Shown here piece after piece: positions 33,362 to 46,513 of a stretch of DNA of 64,000 nucleotides (positions within the stretch are counted from its first letter, which is position 1; every line of letters starts with the position of its first letter). Source of the stretch: an uncultured Chloroflexia bacterium (GTDB taxonomy: Bacteria; Chloroflexota; Anaerolineae; CG2-30-64-16); assembly GCA_963810095.1 (NCBI GenBank), contig CAWEMM010000002.1:1-64000 (forward strand), in the 5' to 3' direction. Made by a program: the position numbers and the translations under genes. The notes beneath the pieces are model-generated. The model did no database searches and was not told the DNA's origin. It was given only the letters and a program-made list of their open reading frames with translations.

Positions 33362-34472
33362 ATGCCAGAGACTAAGGACCTGCAGGACCAGAAGATACTG
33401 ATCGAGGTGCGGAACCTGAAGACGCACTTTTTCACCGAGGACGGGGTGGTCCAGGCGGTGAACGGGGTGGACTTCACGATCCGTGAGGGGGAAGTGATGG
33501 GGTTGGTGGGCGAGTCGGGCTCGGGGAAGAGCGTGACGAGCCTGTCGATCATGCGGTTATTGGGGGGTAGCGGGAAGATCGTGGACGGGGCGGTGGTGTA
33601 CAAGGGCCGCGACCTGGCACAGTTGTCCGAAGAAGCGATGGTGAAGATCCGGGGCAACGAGCTGTCGATGATCTTTCAGCAGCCGACGAGCTGCCTGAAC
33701 CCGGTGTTTCAGATTGGGGCGCAGGTGGCGGAGGTGATGGAGATCCACCAGGGGATGGGGCGGGAAGAGGCGTGGGCGCAGGCGGTGGAGATGTTCCGCA
33801 AGGTGGGGATCCCGGACCCGGAGCGGCGGGCGAAGAGTTTTCCGCACGAGATTTCGGGGGGCCAGGCGCAGCGGGTGATGATTGCGATGGCGCTGGCGAC
33901 GGTGCCGGACCTGTTGATTGCGGACGAGCCGACGACGGCGCTGGACGTGACGATCCAGGCGCAGATTCTGGACCTGATGCGGCGGCTGCGGACGGAGACG
34001 GGGACGGCGATTCTGCTGATCACGCACGACATGGGCGTGATTGCGGAGATGTGCGACCACGTGGCGGTGATGTATGCGGGGCAGATCGTGGAGTACACGG
34101 ACGTGGCGACGCTGTTCGAGACGCAGCTGCACCCGTACACGGAGGGGCTGCTGGCGGCGATTCCGGTGTTAGGGGAAGTGCGGGATACGCTGGCGGTGAT
34201 TCCGGGGAGCGTGCCGAACCTGATCAACCTGCCGGGGGGGTGCAAGTTCCACCCGCGGTGTCCGTATGCGAAGGAGATCTGCACGGGGGTGACGCCGGGG
34301 CTGCAGGAAGTGGCGCCGGGGCACAAGGTGCGCTGCTACATGCGGTTTCCGGAGACGGCGGCGCTGTGGGCGGGGGTGGGCAAGGCGGACTGGCACTTCT
34401 TTGGCGACGAGGTGTTGGCGCCGGCGCCGGTCGCGGCGGCCGACCGCCGGTGGCGGCGAGGAGGTGCGCTGA
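33362..34472 (+). CDS. Peptide ABC ATP-binding protein (OppD/DppD family), operon 1; indels near the 3' end
   Basis: [29 protein letters not shown]-terminal Cys cluster; end inferred from the intact copy 40538..41650. Confidence 0.9.
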
Positions 34473-35507
34473 TGCCGGGGATCGCGACGAGCCAGAAGGA
34501 CTTATTGGTGGTGGACAACCTGCAGAAGTATTTTCCGGTGCGCAGCGGGCTGTTCCAGAAGGTGACGGCGTGGGTGCAGGCGGTGGACGGGGTGAGTTTC
34601 CGGGTGCGGGAGGGGGAGACGTTCGGGCTGGTGGGAGAGTCGGGGTGTGGGAAGACGACGATCGGGCGGACGGTGCTGCGGCTGACGCCGAACACGGGCG
34701 GGCCAGGTGTATTTTGATGGGGAGGATGTGTTTGCGAAGCGGGGTGCGGAGCTGAAGGGGTTGCGGCGGAACATGCAGATCGTGTTCCAGGACCCGTACA
34801 GTTCGTTGGACCCGCGCATGCCGGTGGGGGAGATCATCGGGGAGGGGTTGCAGATCCACGGGATCGGGAATGCGAAGGAGCGGGCGGAGATCGTGACGGA
34901 GATGCTGGCGAAGGTGGGGTTGAACCCGTACCATGCGCGGCGCTATCCGCACGAGTTCAGCGGTGGGCAGCGGCAGCGGATCGGGATTGCGCGGGCGTTG
35001 GCGCTGAAGCCGAAGTTCATCGTGTGCGACGAGCCGGTGTCGGCGTTGGACGTGTCGATCCAGTCGCAGGTGTTGAACCTGTTGAACAAGCTGCAGGCGG
35101 AATTTGGGCTGACGTACCTGTTCATTGCGCACAATCTGTCGGTGGTGGAGCACATCTCGGACCGGATCGGGGTGATGTATCTGGGGAAGATGGTGGAGAT
35201 CACGGGGCGGGAGGAGCTGTACCGGCAGCCGCTGCACCCGTACACGCAGGCGCTGTTGAGTGCGATCCCGACGCCGCACCCGAACATGAAGCGGGAGCGC
35301 ATCGTGTTGACAGGGGATGTGCCGAGTCCGCTCAATCCGCCGACGGGGTGCCGGTTCCACCCGCGCTGTCCGCTGGCGGTGGATCTGTGCAAGCAGGTGG
35401 AGCCGGCGTTCGAGCAGAAGGCGGCGGATCACTGGGTGGCCTGTCACCTGGTGCCGGCTTCTGGCGTCACCGCCAAACCGGGGAAGAACGGCGCCAGCGA
35501 GCCTTAG
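34472..35507 (+). CDS. Peptide ABC ATP-binding protein (OppF/DppF family), operon 1; 1-nt insertion near 34700
   Basis: [27 protein letters not shown]; nearly identical to 41650..42669. Confidence 0.9.
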
Positions 35508-35668
35508 GCAGCAAAGGGAGTAGGGCGCTAACATAAAACTGGTCCTTCCCGTAGCAAGGGTCCTATTGGGCTGGAATGAGAAATCATTCCAGCCCTTTTT
35601 ATTTGTGTAACCAACGGTATATCACAGAATCTTGTGTAAGAGCAGTGCGTTGCCAATGTCTTATCGAC

Positions 35669-35697
35669 TTGACATCCTCTCACCGCCATGCTATTGT
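35669..35697 (+). promoter_or_regulatory. Sigma70-type promoter of peptide ABC operon 2
   Basis: TTGACA-17 nt-TATTGT with extended -10 TG. Confidence 0.6.
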
Positions 35698-35966
35698 TAC
35701 GTATCTCTGGCACAGAGGAAGCACCTCTTGCTTCTTTACCCGGAAAAGTGCCTCCGGGGCTATGACCCACGTCCGGGGGTCTTCAGCCACGATCGAACAT
35801 TGCCTTATCAAAGGAGGTGATGGCTCGACCTGACAGGAAGTAGCCCGTCTTGCGACGTCAAATTGCCCAACCTATCCAGACAAGCGAGTGGACACGCGTT
35901 ACCCGACGCGTGCCGAAGAGTTGTTCTTCCGTTTTTCATCCCACATCCATCTCTCAGGAGGAGAAA

Positions 35967-37938
<1,972 letters not shown>

Positions 37939-37947
37939 TATTACGAG

Positions 37948-37976
37948 CGTAGGGGCGGCCTGCCGGCGCCCCTACG
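37948..37976. repeat. GTAG-type REP-like palindrome
   Basis: cGTAGGGGCG-gcctgccgg-CGCCCCTACg just after the SBP stop codon. Confidence 0.6.
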
Positions 37977-38117
37977 TAGAGAAGAGCACATGACACGGGC
38001 GGGCCCCTCTCACCAGGGATGAGCCCGCCCGTGTTTCACATAACAGCCAATCCGGTCCGGTTCGGCCTCCAACGAAGTGGGGGCCTCGAGCGTCACGAGC
38101 CTCAAGCGTGAGGGCAT

Positions 38118-39329
38118 ATGACTAATTACCTCATCCGCCGCGTGTTTCAGATGGCCATCGTCGTCTTTCTTGCGGCGCTGTTCGTCTATTTCCTATTCAA
38201 CATTTCGCCGGGCGGGCCGCTGGCGGGCATCCAGCAGCAGCAGCGCCGCATCACACGTGAGGACCTGGCGCGGCTGCGGGCAGGGTACGAGCTGGACCTG
38301 TACTGGCCGGTGCGCTTCAGCCGCTGGCTGATCGGCGTGCCCAACGGCCCAATTACCGTCGGCGGCCGCGAGCTGTTCAAGGACACTCCGGTCGGCTGCT
38401 ACCTGCCGCGTTATGAGGCGAGCAGCACCAGCAGCCTGCAGCCGAAGGTGGTCGGCTGCGACGACTACGTCTATTTGGCTGAAATGCCCAAGCTGCACCC
38501 GGCCATTACCTCGAGCAAGGGCATCCTCCGGGGCGATTTTGGCCTCTCGACCGTGATCCTACGCTCTCGGCCGGTTAGTGATCTGATTAAGAGCCGCATT
38601 TGGGCAACGCTCGAGCTGATGACCATTTCGCTGCTCCTCTCGCTGCTGCTGGGCGTGCCGATTGGCATTTACAGCGCGGTCAAGCAGTACTCGAAGTTCG
38701 ACTATTTCTTCACCGCGTTTGCGTTCGTGGGCTCGGCCATGCCGACGTTCTTCTTTGCGCTGCTGCTGATCCTGGTGTTTTCGGTGTTCCCGGTGTTCCT
38801 GGTCGATACGGTGCCGTGGATCCCGCGGCTGCCGCCCGGGCTGCAGCAGGCGGTGCGGCCGTATGAGGTCGCCTCGTGGCTGCCCAAGATCCAGCCCGGC
38901 ACGCCGGTCGACCGTGTGCTGCACTTGCTGATGCCGGTGGCGGTGCTGACGTTCTTCACCATGGCGCCGTGGAGCCGCTTCGTGCGCTCGTCGATGCTGG
39001 AAGTGATGCGGCAGGATTACGTGCGGACGGCGCGAGCCAAGGGGCTGTACGAGCGGGTCGTGATCATGAAGCACGCGCTGCGCAATGCGCTGATCCCGTT
39101 CGTAACGATCGTCGTATTGGCGATCCCCGGGCTATTCGCCGGGGCCATCATTACGGAGACGGTATTTGCCTGGCCGGGCATGGGGCGGCTGTACTACGAC
39201 GCTTTGCAGCGCAGCGACTGGAACGTCGCCCTGGCATTGATCTTCATCACGGCGTTGCTGACCGTCCTGGCCACCCTGCTTGGCGACATCCTGTACACGG
39301 TTGTCGACCCGCGCATTAAGTTCTCATGA
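38118..39329 (+). CDS. Peptide ABC permease (OppB/DppB family), operon 2
   Basis: Paralog of 30948..32156 with the same motifs. Confidence 0.92.
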   Translation: MTNYLIRRVFQMAIVVFLAALFVYFLFNISPGGPLAGIQQQQRRITREDLARLRAGYELDLYWPVRFSRWLIGVPNGPITVGGRELFKDTPVGCYLPRYEASSTSSLQPKVVGCDDYVYLAEMPKLHPAITSSKGILRGDFGLSTVILRSRPVSDLIKSRIWATLELMTISLLLSLLLGVPIGIYSAVKQYSKFDYFFTAFAFVGSAMPTFFFALLLILVFSVFPVFLVDTVPWIPRLPPGLQQAVRPYEVASWLPKIQPGTPVDRVLHLLMPVAVLTFFTMAPWSRFVRSSMLEVMRQDYVRTARAKGLYERVVIMKHALRNALIPFVTIVVLAIPGLFAGAIITETVFAWPGMGRLYYDALQRSDWNVALALIFITALLTVLATLLGDILYTVVDPRIKFS

Positions 39330-39403
39330 GAGCCGTTCTCGATGAGTACCGTTCTCGTAAGGTCCGAACGCCCGCGCCGTTGCGCATATAAGGAGTCATA
39401 ACC

Positions 39404-40406
39404 ATGACCGCATCAGCCAGAACGATCGGGCCGGCCAACCGGGCGGAGGACGCGACGCAGGAGAGCCAACTCAAGATCGTCTTCCGGCGCTTTCGCCGCC
39501 ACCGCCTCGCCGTCGTCTCGTCCATCGCATTGCTGGCGATCTTCGTCGCGTCGCTGTTGGCGCCGCATTATTACGACGTTCCCGCGCGATGCCATCGACG
39601 TATCGACCTCCGCCCGCCCCGCGCCGCCCGGCGCGCTCGCCAAGGACGGACAGGTTCACATTCTCGGCGTGGATCACCTCGGCCGCGATCTGTATACGCG
39701 CGTGCTATACGCGGCGCGCGTGTCGTTGACGATCGCGGTGCTGGTGGTGCTGATCAGCGAGTCGTTCGGCACGATGCTCGGCGCAATTGCCGGATATTAC
39801 GGCGGGCGAACCGACATGCTGCTGTCGCGCATCAACGAGTTCATGCTGACCATCCCCGACCTGCCGATCCTGCTGATCATCTCGGCGATCCTGCTGAAAC
39901 GCGACGTAGTGCTGCCGCTGCCGGGGTTCTTCAACAAGTTCCTGAGCGCGCTGATGCTGGCGCCCGAGCGCGAGGCGCAGAAGGTGGTCGTGCTGGTGCT
40001 GATCCTGGTGATCTTCGGCTGGCTGGGCTCGTTCCGCCTGATGCGCGGCATGGCGCTGACGCTGTCGAAGCAGGACTTCGTCGAGGCGCTGCGGGCGGCC
40101 GGGGCCAGCGATGCCCGGATCATCTTCCGGCACATCATCCCCAACGGGCTGGCGCCGATCCTCGTGCATGCCAGTCTCCAACTCGGGGCAATTATCGTGC
40201 TGGAATCGGCGTTGAGCTTTTTGGGGCTGGGGGTGCAAGACCCGACGCCGACATGGGGCAACATGCTGGACTTTGCGCGGTCGTACATGTTCAAGCACCC
40301 GTGGCTGCCGTTGGTGCCGGGGATTCCGCTGGTGATCGTGGCGATGGGGTTCAACTTCATCGGCGACGGGCTGCGCGATGCGCTGGACCCGCGGCTGAAG
40401 CGCTAG
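39404..40406 (+). CDS. Peptide ABC permease (OppC/DppC family), operon 2 (frameshift near 39568)
   Basis: Paralog of 32224..33234; AAGGAG RBS. Confidence 0.88.
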
Positions 40407-40420
40407 CGGCCGCCTGAGGA

Positions 40421-40497
40421 CGAACCACAAAGACACCAAGCCACGCAGGGGCACAAAGGCTTCGTTGGACTTGGTGTCTTTAGGCCTTTGTGGTTCG
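40421..40497. repeat. 9-nt-periodic palindromic element
   Basis: cgaaccacaaagacaccaag...cttggtgtctttaggcctttgtggttcg. Confidence 0.85.
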
Positions 40498-40537
40498 GAA
40501 GCTCTCCCTTGAGAGCGCAGTAAGGTAGACAAGACGT

Positions 40538-41650
40538 ATGCCAGAGACTAAGGACCTGCAGGACCAGAAGATACTGATCGAGGTGCGGAACCTGAAGACG
40601 CACTTTTTCACCGAGGACGGGGTGGTCCAGGCGGTGAACGGGGTGGACTTCACGATCCGTGAGGGGGAAGTGATGGGGTTGGTGGGCGAGTCGGGCTCGG
40701 GGAAGAGCGTGACGAGCCTGTCGATCATGCGGTTATTGGGGGGTAGCGGGAAGATCGTGGACGGGGCGGTGGTGTACAAAGGCCGCGACCTGGCACAGTT
40801 GTCCGAAGAAGCGATGGTGAAGATCCGGGGCAACGAGCTGTCGATGATCTTCCAGCAGCCGACGAGCTGCCTGAACCCGGTGTTTCAGATTGGGGCGCAG
40901 GTGGCGGAGGTGATGGAGATCCACCAGGGGATGGGGCGGGAAGAGGCGTGGGCGCAGGCGGTGGAGATGTTCCGCAAGGTGGGGATCCCGGACCCGGAGC
41001 GGCGGGCGAAGAGTTTTCCGCACGAGATATCGGGGGGCCAGGCGCAGCGGGTGATGATTGCGATGGCGCTGGCGACGGTGCCGGACCTGTTGATTGCGGA
41101 CGAGCCGACGACGGCGCTGGACGTGACGATCCAGGCGCAGATTCTGGACCTGATGCGGCGGCTGCGGACGGAGACGGGGACGGCGATTCTGCTGATCACG
41201 CACGACATGGGCGTGATTGCGGAGATGTGCGACCACGTGGCGGTGATGTATGCGGGGCAGATCGTGGAGTACACGGACGTGGCGACGCTGTTCGAGACGC
41301 AGCTGCACCCGTACACGGAGGGGCTGCTGGCGGCGATTCCGGTGTTAGGGGAAGTGCGGGATACGCTGGCGGTGATTCCGGGGAGCGTGCCGAACCTGAT
41401 CAACCTGCCGGGGGGGTGCAAGTTCCACCCGCGGTGTCCGTATGCGAAGGAGATCTGCACGGGGGTGACGCCGGGGCTGCAGGAAGTGGCGCCGGGGCAC
41501 AAGGTGCGCTGCTACATGCGGTTTCCGGAGACGGCGGCGCTGTGGGCGGGGGTGGGCAAGGCGGACTGGCACTTCTTTGGCGACGAGGTGTTGGCGCCGG
41601 CGCCGGTCGCGGCGGCCGAGCCGCCGGTGGCGGCGGAGGAGGTGCGCTGA
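40538..41650 (+). CDS. Peptide ABC ATP-binding protein (OppD/DppD family), operon 2
   Basis: Intact 370-aa ORF with Walker A/B, HPYT and Cys cluster. Confidence 0.93.
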   Translation: MPETKDLQDQKILIEVRNLKTHFFTEDGVVQAVNGVDFTIREGEVMGLVGESGSGKSVTSLSIMRLLGGSGKIVDGAVVYKGRDLAQLSEEAMVKIRGNELSMIFQQPTSCLNPVFQIGAQVAEVMEIHQGMGREEAWAQAVEMFRKVGIPDPERRAKSFPHEISGGQAQRVMIAMALATVPDLLIADEPTTALDVTIQAQILDLMRRLRTETGTAILLITHDMGVIAEMCDHVAVMYAGQIVEYTDVATLFETQLHPYTEGLLAAIPVLGEVRDTLAVIPGSVPNLINLPGGCKFHPRCPYAKEICTGVTPGLQEVAPGHKVRCYMRFPETAALWAGVGKADWHFFGDEVLAPAPVAAAEPPVAAEEVR

Positions 41651-42669
41651 TGCCGGGGATCGCGACGAGCCAGAAGGACTTATTGGTGGTGGACAACCTG
41701 CAGAAGTATTTTCCGGTGCGCAGCGGGCTGTTCCAGAAGGTGACGGCGTGGGTGCAGGCGGTGGACGGGGTGAGTTTCCGGGTGCGGGAGGGGGAGACGT
41801 TCGGGCTGGTGGGAGAGTCGGGGTGTGGGAAGACGACGATCGGGCGGACGGTGCTGCGGCTGACGCCGAACACGGGCGGCCAGGTGTATTTTGATGGGGA
41901 GGATGTGTTTGCGAAGCGGGGTGCGGAGCTGAAGGGGCTGCGGCGGAACATGCAGATCGTGTTCCAGGACCCGTACAGTTCGTTGGACCCGCGCATGCCG
42001 GTGGGGGAGATCATCGGGGAGGGGTTGCAGATCCACGGGATCGGGAATGCGAAGGAGCGGGCAGAGATCGTGACGGAGATGCTGGCGAAGGTGGGGTTGA
42101 ACCCGTACCATGCGCGGCGCTATCCGCACGAGTTCAGCGGTGGGCAGCGGCAGCGGATCGGGATTGCGCGGGCGTTGGCGCTGAAGCCGAAGTTCATCGT
42201 GTGCGACGAGCCGGTGTCGGCGTTGGACGTGTCGATCCAGTCGCAGGTGTTGAACCTGTTGAACAAGCTGCAGGCGGAATTTGGGCTGACGTACCTGTTC
42301 ATTGCGCACAATCTGTCGGTGGTGGAGCACATCTCGGACCGGATCGGGGTGATGTATCTGGGCAAGATGGTGGAGATCACGGGGCGGGAGGAGCTGTACC
42401 GGCAGCCGCTGCACCCGTACACGCAGGCGCTGTTGAGTGCGATCCCGACACCGCACCCGAACATGAAGCGGGAGCGCATCGTGCTGACAGGGGATGTGCC
42501 GAGTCCGCTCAATCCGCCGACGGGGTGCCGGTTCCACCCGCGCTGTCCGCTGGCGGTGGATCTGTGCAAGCAGGTGGAGCCGGCGTTCGAGCAGAAGGCG
42601 GCGGACCACTGGGTGGCCTGTCACCTGGTGCCGGCTTCTGGCGTCACCGCCAAACCGGGGAAGAACTAA
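41650..42669 (+). CDS. Peptide ABC ATP-binding protein (OppF/DppF family), operon 2
   Basis: TGATG overlap start MPGIATSQ; Walker motifs. Confidence 0.93.
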   Translation: MPGIATSQKDLLVVDNLQKYFPVRSGLFQKVTAWVQAVDGVSFRVREGETFGLVGESGCGKTTIGRTVLRLTPNTGGQVYFDGEDVFAKRGAELKGLRRNMQIVFQDPYSSLDPRMPVGEIIGEGLQIHGIGNAKERAEIVTEMLAKVGLNPYHARRYPHEFSGGQRQRIGIARALALKPKFIVCDEPVSALDVSIQSQVLNLLNKLQAEFGLTYLFIAHNLSVVEHISDRIGVMYLGKMVEITGREELYRQPLHPYTQALLSAIPTPHPNMKRERIVLTGDVPSPLNPPTGCRFHPRCPLAVDLCKQVEPAFEQKAADHWVACHLVPASGVTAKPGKN

Positions 42670-42682
42670 CGGCCGCCCTCTC

Positions 42683-42761
42683 AACACAAAGGCACGAAAG
42701 CACAGAGACATGATTATCGCTGACCCTGTCAGCCGTCCTTGTGCCTTCGTGTCTTTGTGTT
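42683..42761. repeat. 9-nt-periodic palindromic element
   Basis: aacacaaaggcacgaaagcacagag...cttgtgccttcgtgtctttgtgtt. Confidence 0.85.
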
Positions 42762-42808
42762 TACAATCCCCCTTGGACTTCCAGCTAACCTGAGTCCTCG
42801 GAGAACCC

Positions 42809-44113
42809 ATGTCATCACCTAACTCGCAGCCAGATGCGCCGCAAGAACCCGCCGATCCCCCGGCCGCGGCCGAGTCATTGACAGCCAGCATCCGCAAGTT
42901 ACCGCGCAACGTTTGGGCCGTCAGCCTGACCAGCTTTTTGATGGACGTCTCGAGCGAGATGGTCATCAACCTGTTGCCGCTGTTTCTTGCTAACGTGCTC
43001 GGCGTCAGGACCAGCATCATCGGCGTGATCGAGGGTGTTGCCGAGGCAGTTGCCAGCATCCTTAAGCTCTTCTCCGGCTGGCTCTCTGATCGCCTGGGAG
43101 CCCGGAAGTGGCTGGCCGTGGTCGGCTATGGTATCTCCGCGTTGTCGAAGCCGTTCTTCTATTTCGCGACGACATGGGAAGCGATTGCCGCGGCACGGTG
43201 GGCCGACCGCGTGGGCAAGGGCATCCGCACTGCGCCCCGCGACGCGCTGGTGGCCGATTCCATCGACGAGAAGCGCCGCGGTCTCGCCTTCGGCTTTCAC
43301 CGGGCGGCCGACACCGCCGGCGCGATGTTGGGCCTGCTGATCGCCTTCGGGATCGTCTGGGCAGCACAGCGCGCAGCTGTCACGCTGAGTGCCAATGTCT
43401 TCCACGTCATCGTCCTCGTCAGCGTCGTCCCTGCGCTGCTCGCGGTCGTGTCACTTGCCTTCCTCGCGCGCGACGTCCCCGTCAAGGGCCGGCGATCCGC
43501 CCCAAAGTTTGCGCTGCGCAGCCTCGGCAAGCCGTTCCTGGTCTTTATGCTGATCGTGGGCATCTTCGACCTGGGGAACTCGTCCGATGCCTTCCTTGTG
43601 CTGCGCGCCCAGGACGCGGGTGCGAGCGTTGCGGGCATCCTCCTGATGCTGATCACGTTCAATTTCATCTATACGCTGATCTCCACGCCGGCCGGCGCGT
43701 TGTCTGACCGCATTGGCCGCCGGGGGATTATTATTGGCGGCTGGGTCGCCTACGCCGTCATCTATCTGGGCTTTGGCCTCGCGCGCACTCCGACTCAAAT
43801 CTGGGTCCTCTACGCGCTCTACGGACTTTACTACGGCTCGGCCTACGGCACGGCCAAAGCGTTGGTCGCCGACCTGGTGCCGGCCGAGCTGCGCGGCACG
43901 GCGTACGGGACGTATAACGCAATCCTGGGCATCCTGGACTTCCCCGCCTCGGCCATTGCCGGCATTCTCTGGCAAGGTGTGGGCAACTGGTCGGGACTCG
44001 GCGCGGCCGCGCCCTTCATCTTCGGCGGCGTTCTGGCGCTGCTCGCGGCCGTGCTGTTGGCCCTATCAGGCATTGGACGGGCGCCCGCGTCTACCGCCAC
44101 CGCGCACTCCTAG
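42809..44113 (+). CDS. MFS transporter
   Basis: About 12 TM; GWLSDRLGARK and GALSDRIGRR motif A; DRVGKGIRTAPRDAL. Confidence 0.9.
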   Translation: MSSPNSQPDAPQEPADPPAAAESLTASIRKLPRNVWAVSLTSFLMDVSSEMVINLLPLFLANVLGVRTSIIGVIEGVAEAVASILKLFSGWLSDRLGARKWLAVVGYGISALSKPFFYFATTWEAIAAARWADRVGKGIRTAPRDALVADSIDEKRRGLAFGFHRAADTAGAMLGLLIAFGIVWAAQRAAVTLSANVFHVIVLVSVVPALLAVVSLAFLARDVPVKGRRSAPKFALRSLGKPFLVFMLIVGIFDLGNSSDAFLVLRAQDAGASVAGILLMLITFNFIYTLISTPAGALSDRIGRRGIIIGGWVAYAVIYLGFGLARTPTQIWVLYALYGLYYGSAYGTAKALVADLVPAELRGTAYGTYNAILGILDFPASAIAGILWQGVGNWSGLGAAAPFIFGGVLALLAAVLLALSGIGRAPASTATAHS

Positions 44114-44244
44114 CCGAGTTTTACCTGGCTGGTTTCCCCGTCCCGGGCTCCGCTGCCGGCCTCCGCGCGCCGCCTGCGCGGCCCTTGAATGCGGCTTGCA
44201 CACTACCGGCCAAACTAATTGCGTTTTCCCCATTTCAGGTTCAC

Positions 44245-44274
44245 TTGACACTCGAATACCCCCTGTGCTATCAT
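44245..44274 (+). promoter_or_regulatory. Sigma70-type promoter of peptide ABC operon 3
   Basis: TTGACA-18 nt-TATCAT with extended -10 TG. Confidence 0.6.
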
Positions 44275-44319
44275 CACGCCACTCCAGTCATAGATCCCCG
44301 GTCCGGTCGGAGGAGTTGG

Positions 44320-45348
44320 ATGAGTAGATTACTCGAGGTGAAGGGGCTCGAAACCCGCTTCTTCACCCAGGACGGTGTCGTCCGAGCCGTCAATGGCATC
44401 TCCTATCATCTTGACGAAGGCGAAACGCTGGCGATTGTAGGAGAGAGTGGTTGCGGTAAAAGTGTAGGTGTGATGTCCCTGCTGCGGCTGATTCCGATGC
44501 CGCCGGGGAAGGTGACGGCTGGTCAGGTGTGGTTTGGCACCGGGGATGACCGCAAGGACCTGCTCAAGCTCTCGGATGACGAGATCCGGCAGGTGCGCGG
44601 CAATCGCATCGCGATGATTTTCCAAGACCCCATGACCTCCCTCAATCCCGTTCTCACGATCGGTTTCCAGATTTCCGAAGCGCTGATGTTGCACTTGGGC
44701 ATGGACAAAGAGAAGGCCCGCAAGCGCAGCGTCGAACTGCTGGAACTGGTCGGCATTCCCCACGCGGCTGACCGGCTTGACGACTACCCGCATCAGTTCT
44801 CCGGCGGCATGCGCCAGCGCGTAATGATCGCGATGGGGCTAAGCTGCAACCCCCAGTTGCTGATTGCAGACGAGCCGACAACCGCGCTCGACGTAACGAT
44901 CCAGGCACAGATTGCGGACCTGGTCAAGCGCCTGCGCGATGAGATCGGCATGGCTATTATCTGGATTACACACGACCTGGGCGTCGTGGCAGGGTTGGCG
45001 GATCGAGTGATCGTTATGTATGCGGGTTTCATCGTAGAGGAAGCCCAAGTCAAGGAATTATACGCAAATCCGCGCCACCCCTACACCCTCGGCCTGCTTG
45101 GGTCGCTGCCACGCCTGGACGTCGGGCGTGCTCACCGCCTGACATCCATCGAGGGCCTGCCGCCCGACCTGATCGACTTGCCCAAAGGCTGCCCCTTCTA
45201 CGCCCGTTGCAAGTACCGCATCGACATCTGTGCCACCGACAACCCGCGTCTGGAGCCGGTCGCTCCCGGGCATAAAGTCGCATGCCATCGCGAGGTCACT
45301 AAGGACACGCCGCCCACAGTCGAGATTGAAGGGGAGCTTGTGGCATGA
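44320..45348 (+). CDS. oppD: Oligopeptide ABC ATP-binding protein OppD
   Basis: [30 protein letters not shown]; GGAGGAG RBS. Confidence 0.9.
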   Translation: MSRLLEVKGLETRFFTQDGVVRAVNGISYHLDEGETLAIVGESGCGKSVGVMSLLRLIPMPPGKVTAGQVWFGTGDDRKDLLKLSDDEIRQVRGNRIAMIFQDPMTSLNPVLTIGFQISEALMLHLGMDKEKARKRSVELLELVGIPHAADRLDDYPHQFSGGMRQRVMIAMGLSCNPQLLIADEPTTALDVTIQAQIADLVKRLRDEIGMAIIWITHDLGVVAGLADRVIVMYAGFIVEEAQVKELYANPRHPYTLGLLGSLPRLDVGRAHRLTSIEGLPPDLIDLPKGCPFYARCKYRIDICATDNPRLEPVAPGHKVACHREVTKDTPPTVEIEGELVA

Positions 45349-46346
45349 CGACACCCAACAACCACAGCGGCAAGAGCGCTCTCGTGCATGTCCGTGGGCT
45401 GAAGATGTATTTCCCGATCCGCCGCGGCGTGATGCAGCGTCATGTGGGCGATGTCAAGGCGGTCGACGGTATTGATTTCGACATCTTTGCCGGCGAGACG
45501 CTCGGCCTGGTCGGCGAATCCGGCTGCGGCAAGTCGACCACGGGCCGCGCGATCCTCCAGCTGTACCGGCCGACCGGCGGGGAGGTCGATTTCGGGGGCA
45601 AAGATCTGACCAAGCTTAAGGGCGAGGACCTCCGCAAGCAGCGGCGGCAGATGCAGATGATCTTCCAGGACCCCTACGCCTCGCTGAACCCGCGCATGAC
45701 CGTCGGCAGTATCGTGGCCGAACCACTGGAAGTTCACAACATCGGAACCAAGTCGGAACGCCTCGCACGCGTGCGGCAGCTTCTGGAGATCGTCGGCCTT
45801 AACCCCTACTTCATCAACCGCTATCCGCACGAGTTCTCGGGCGGTCAGCGCCAGCGCATCGGCGTTGCACGGGCGCTGGCGGTTAACCCCTCGTTTATCG
45901 TCTGCGACGAGCCGATCTCGGCCCTCGACGTGTCGATCCAGGCGCAGGTCATCAACCTGCTGGAAGACCTGCAAGCGCAGTTTGACCTCACGTACCTGTT
46001 CATCGCCCACGATCTTTCCGTGGTCCGCCACATCTCGGACCGCATCGCAGTCATGTACCTTGGGAAGATCATGGAGATCGCGGATCGCGACGGGCTCTAC
46101 GCGAACCCGATGCACCCCTATACCCAGGCGCTTCTGTCCGCAGTGCCCATCCCTGATCCCGTCATCGAAGAGAAGCGGAAGCGCATTATCCTCGAGGGCG
46201 ACGTGCCCTCGCCGGCAAATCCGCCCAAGGGCTGCAACTTTTGCACCCGCTGCCCGAAGGCCATGGATGTCTGCCGCGAGCAGGAGCCGGTCTTCAAGGA
46301 TTACGGAGACGGCCACTACGCCGCGTGTTGGCTCTACCCACAATGA
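45345..46346 (+). CDS. oppF: Oligopeptide ABC ATP-binding protein OppF
   Basis: [32 protein letters not shown]. Confidence 0.9.
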   Translation: MTTPNNHSGKSALVHVRGLKMYFPIRRGVMQRHVGDVKAVDGIDFDIFAGETLGLVGESGCGKSTTGRAILQLYRPTGGEVDFGGKDLTKLKGEDLRKQRRQMQMIFQDPYASLNPRMTVGSIVAEPLEVHNIGTKSERLARVRQLLEIVGLNPYFINRYPHEFSGGQRQRIGVARALAVNPSFIVCDEPISALDVSIQAQVINLLEDLQAQFDLTYLFIAHDLSVVRHISDRIAVMYLGKIMEIADRDGLYANPMHPYTQALLSAVPIPDPVIEEKRKRIILEGDVPSPANPPKGCNFCTRCPKAMDVCREQEPVFKDYGDGHYAACWLYPQ

Positions 46347-46513
46347 AAGGGGGTGGTTAGCAACACTGAAACAGCCTTTCGGGTAAAGGACGCGCCGCGG
46401 GTTGGCGGGGCCAGGAGGCTGGCCGGCGCCGGTCTGCAGGCGAAGCCAGTTTTTTGGCTGTCCGATAGTTATGGTCCGGTCGCACAGCAACACCGCATCT
46501 CTTAGGAGGAGAC